Origin: Abditibacteriaceae bacterium
GTDB taxonomy: Bacteria > Armatimonadota > Abditibacteriia > Abditibacteriales > Abditibacteriaceae
Assembly (NCBI GenBank): GCA_031372065.1
Contig: JANMKN010000189.1
Location: forward strand, 1 to 26,950
Reading direction: 5' to 3'
Length of the DNA stretch: 26,950 bases
Below the pieces are notes generated by a model. The model was not told the DNA's origin. It saw only the letters and a program-made list of their open reading frames with translations, and searched no databases. Shown here one piece after another: positions 24,459-26,950 of the stretch. Made by a program: the position numbers and the translations under genes. How positions within the stretch are numbered: position 1 is the first letter of the stretch; each line of letters begins with the position of its first letter.

Positions 24459-25649
24459 CTATCTCAAGGCGGACTGTATTTGCTTCAACCCGACGCCTAA
24501 TTTGCGATGCGCTATCTGGTCAAGTGCTTCGACTGGCCCTTGCAAATGAATAGTGCGATGCACATGGCGCAGTGTTTGACCCGGTTTTAAGGCCGCAGCA
24601 GGCGAGGACGATTCCAATTCATAAAACGGCCCCAACTGGCCGCCACCCGCAAGCGGCCCATCGTTGTAGGAATTCGCCGCATCGCCGCTGAAGGGATTCT
24701 TTTGCATTTCCCACATGGAATTCACATAATCCATCGTGCCCGGCAAAGTGTATTCGACAATTGTCAACGTTTTTCCGTCCCAACTGCCCAATGTTTTCTT
24801 GGCCCGCGCCGGAGGCAATCCGATTTTGCCACGCGATTTACCATCGGCTTTAAAAAATAAAACGCCTTTGGCGTTGTCAATTTTCAAGCGGTCTGCGGCC
24901 ACTTTGCCAAAATAAGCATCATTGACAACCGGGCCGAGTTTTTCTTCGCTGCCTGCCTGAAATGGAATCACCACTGTGGCATCGGGCGAGGGATTATACA
25001 TTCCCAAAATCCAAATCGAAAGCAAGCCGGTCTTTTTCTTCCAAGCCTTGCCGCCCGCATTGGTCAAGCGATTTTCGGTTTCATAAGCGACGGCCTTCAC
25101 GCCCGTAGCCGGTAATTCACCTAACGTGGCCTTCATTTGCCCGGCGCCGAGCAAACGAACGGTGCGCTCCGCGCGCACAGGAAACTTCGTGCCGCTGTAA
25201 TTGGTGAGCGTAAAACTTTTGCGAAAACTGGCGTGCGTTCGGCTTTTATTCACCAAAGGCCACGCGCCCCAGTCAATGACAGCAGGCGTTTCCCAGTCTT
25301 TGAATTCGAACTTGGCGCCTTTGGGGAAGAAAATCGAATATTGACCACCTTCGGGACCAAACCAAATGCGATCTTCGCCGCCGAACACATTAATGTGTGG
25401 CTGGCGTTTGTTTTCAGCGACAGCCTTTTTGTTGATCCAGCCAAAACTGCTGCCCTTCGAGCCGCCGTTGGTGCTGGTCATCACGCGCCCTTGAAATTGT
25501 GGCACAACCGCCACCTGTGCGTGGCCGCTTTTGTCCGATAACACGATTACTTTGTTGTGCTTCTTCAGCAACGCCACATCCGAACCAAAATCGGCTTGTG
25601 CCACGCTGCAACCCATCAACAACGCCGCCACTGCATAACGACTCTTCAT
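24459..25649 (-). CDS. Exported DUF6786-like protein
   Basis: GGAGG RBS before ATG 25649; signal ends AQA-D; QGRVMTST, SFGWIN, FGGEDRIWFGPEGGQYSIFF, SIWILGM, YVNSMWE, NSYNDGP, GPFYELESSSPA. Family name is from memory. Confidence 0.78.
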   Translation of the reverse strand: MKSRYAVAALLMGCSVAQADFGSDVALLKKHNKVIVLSDKSGHAQVAVVPQFQGRVMTSTNGGSKGSSFGWINKKAVAENKRQPHINVFGGEDRIWFGPEGGQYSIFFPKGAKFEFKDWETPAVIDWGAWPLVNKSRTHASFRKSFTLTNYSGTKFPVRAERTVRLLGAGQMKATLGELPATGVKAVAYETENRLTNAGGKAWKKKTGLLSIWILGMYNPSPDATVVIPFQAGSEEKLGPVVNDAYFGKVAADRLKIDNAKGVLFFKADGKSRGKIGLPPARAKKTLGSWDGKTLTIVEYTLPGTMDYVNSMWEMQKNPFSGDAANSYNDGPLAGGGQLGPFYELESSSPAAALKPGQTLRHVHRTIHLQGPVEALDQIAHRKLGVGLKQIQSALR

Positions 25650-25720
25650 GTTTGCCTCCAAGAAATTCTGTTGACCTGCGGGGAAATGCGCGGCACAGTT
25701 TAGTTCGTTCGGCCCGCCAC

Positions 25721-25761
25721 AAAAAGTAAAAAAGCGCGATGGAAAATTCCATCGCGCTTTT
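25721..25761 (-). terminator. Intrinsic terminator after the lipoprotein gene
   Basis: AAAAGCGCGATGGAA-aa-TTCCATCGCGCTTTT with a long U tract on the minus strand. Confidence 0.88.
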
Positions 25762-25788
25762 CTGCTAACTCAATTCTCCAAGAACTGC

Positions 25789-26571
25789 TTACGGGACAGG
25801 CTGTTCGGTGATGGTAAAGTTGCCTTTAACTTTCGTTACGCCAGCTTCAGCGGTGGCAAAATTACCTGTTACCGTAGCAATGTTGTTGGTAATAGCGCCG
25901 TTGCCGTTGAACTTAGTCACTGCTTGCAAACGGGGAGTGCCACCTTTGTCGCTTACAGCATACATGGTGAGATTGCCAGCCGATGTGATAACTCCTGCAC
26001 CTTTGTAAACAGCTGCCGAGCCTGTGGTGTTAATATCGCCCAAAAGCGCACCATCAGCATTGGCGGTGACATTCAAAGTTCCATTTGTGCCGGTCGGATC
26101 AGTGCTTGTGAATGTGCCTGCATAGTTTCCAGTGAATTGGTCGGTTCCGGTTTGTTTACGAATCGCAATCGCTTTGCCGCTGGAAGCGTTTTGCACGCCA
26201 TCAACGGTTTGTGAAAATGTGCCATCGGCAATGTAGGTGCTGTCCACACTTCCCAAAGTTCCTGCGACGGCAACAACATTGGCGCCGTTAGCTGTTGTAA
26301 AGCGCAGATTGCCAAACTTGTCAATGGTTCCAGTAACCGGCAGGTTATTGGTCGCGCTGATTAAATTGCCAGTCAAGTTGCCATTCGCGTCCGCCGTTAC
26401 CGTAAAGCGCCCACTAACCGCGCTGCCCGTTGAAGTGGTGCCCGCGTAAGCCCCCGTGTAATTCCCGGCGTAAAGAGAAGTGCTTGATCCACTACCTCCG
26501 CCGCAACCTGCCAAAGCAGCCATGACCCCCAGCGCCAGCGCGCCGCCAAACAACCGTTTCATCTGTTTCAT
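25789..26571 (-). CDS. Gly/Thr/Asn-rich lipoprotein with two homologous beta domains
   Basis: AAGGGG RBS; lipobox LAG-C then GGGSGS; YAGNYTGAYAGT...FTVTADANGNLTG versus FTGNYAGTFTST...LNVTANADGALLG. Confidence 0.88.
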   Translation of the reverse strand: MKQMKRLFGGALALGVMAALAGCGGGSGSSTSLYAGNYTGAYAGTTSTGSAVSGRFTVTADANGNLTGNLISATNNLPVTGTIDKFGNLRFTTANGANVVAVAGTLGSVDSTYIADGTFSQTVDGVQNASSGKAIAIRKQTGTDQFTGNYAGTFTSTDPTGTNGTLNVTANADGALLGDINTTGSAAVYKGAGVITSAGNLTMYAVSDKGGTPRLQAVTKFNGNGAITNNIATVTGNFATAEAGVTKVKGNFTITEQPVP

Positions 26572-26813
26572 CTTCGTGCCCCTTGAAAAAAAATTTGCGC
26601 GAGAAAAAGTAGAAAAAAGTTTTCCTATTCCACCTCTAATCGGCGCGCTCTGACACTATCTGCAAATTGCATTCCGGCCCTAACAAACACAAAATGCCCT
26701 ATTGCGATTAAAAATGATAGTCACGACTTATTCAACAGCCTTTAACCTATTTACGCATGTTACGCGGTTGATTTTTGTTAGAGAAAAGAGCGACTTCGTC
26801 GCTCGATCCCCCT

Positions 26814-26950
26814 CACCCGGCCTCTCCCCCGAACGCTGCGCTGGGGAGAGGAGAACTTGACTATTACGTTCTTGCCCTACTCAATCGGGCAGGAGCGCTT
26901 GCGTAAAACACTCCTCTCCCCAGCGCAGCGTTCGGGGGAGAGGCCGGGTG
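26814..26950. repeat. REP-doublet-like inverted repeat, truncated by the window end
   Basis: 26814-26853 (CACCCGGCCTCTCCCCCGAACGCTGCGCTGGGGAGAGGAG) is the perfect reverse complement of 26911-26950; each arm is itself a CCTCTCCCC/GGGGAGAGG hairpin. Confidence 0.88.

Noticed and set aside
26572..26787. Riboswitch or ncRNA upstream of the last lipoprotein gene
   Set aside because: AT-rich promoter-like DNA with no recognisable aptamer motif or convincing structure.

Overview
Bacterial chromosomal window with no integrase, transposase, CRISPR array or prophage gene. It holds housekeeping genes (alaS, tRNA-Val(CAC), metG, ricT/yaaT, xylA) among many exported or envelope proteins of unknown function. 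These include a planctomycete-type cytochrome c/DUF1549/DUF1553 gene with an internal CBM-like module; it runs off the left edge and is missing from the ORF track. There is also a lipoprotein plus DPYGDPAD-repeat gene pair, a three-gene envelope operon (FlgT/CsgG-like, CsgG/TolB-N-like, Ig + LptD-like) behind a near-consensus sigma70 promoter, a SAM methyltransferase, an HExxH protein, a GT87-like membrane protein, a FecR-domain protein and a DUF6786-like protein. The most unusual non-coding signal is a ~145-160 bp four-hairpin element present twice (7029-7187, 19923-20067): its outer arms have the same orientation but the central 15-bp spacer is inverted between the copies. A second, unrelated 40-bp perfect inverted repeat lies at the right edge. 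The gene content suggests a diderm Armatimonadota/Abditibacteriota-like organism, but that is an unverified impression. All family assignments come from motif recognition by eye, not from searches.
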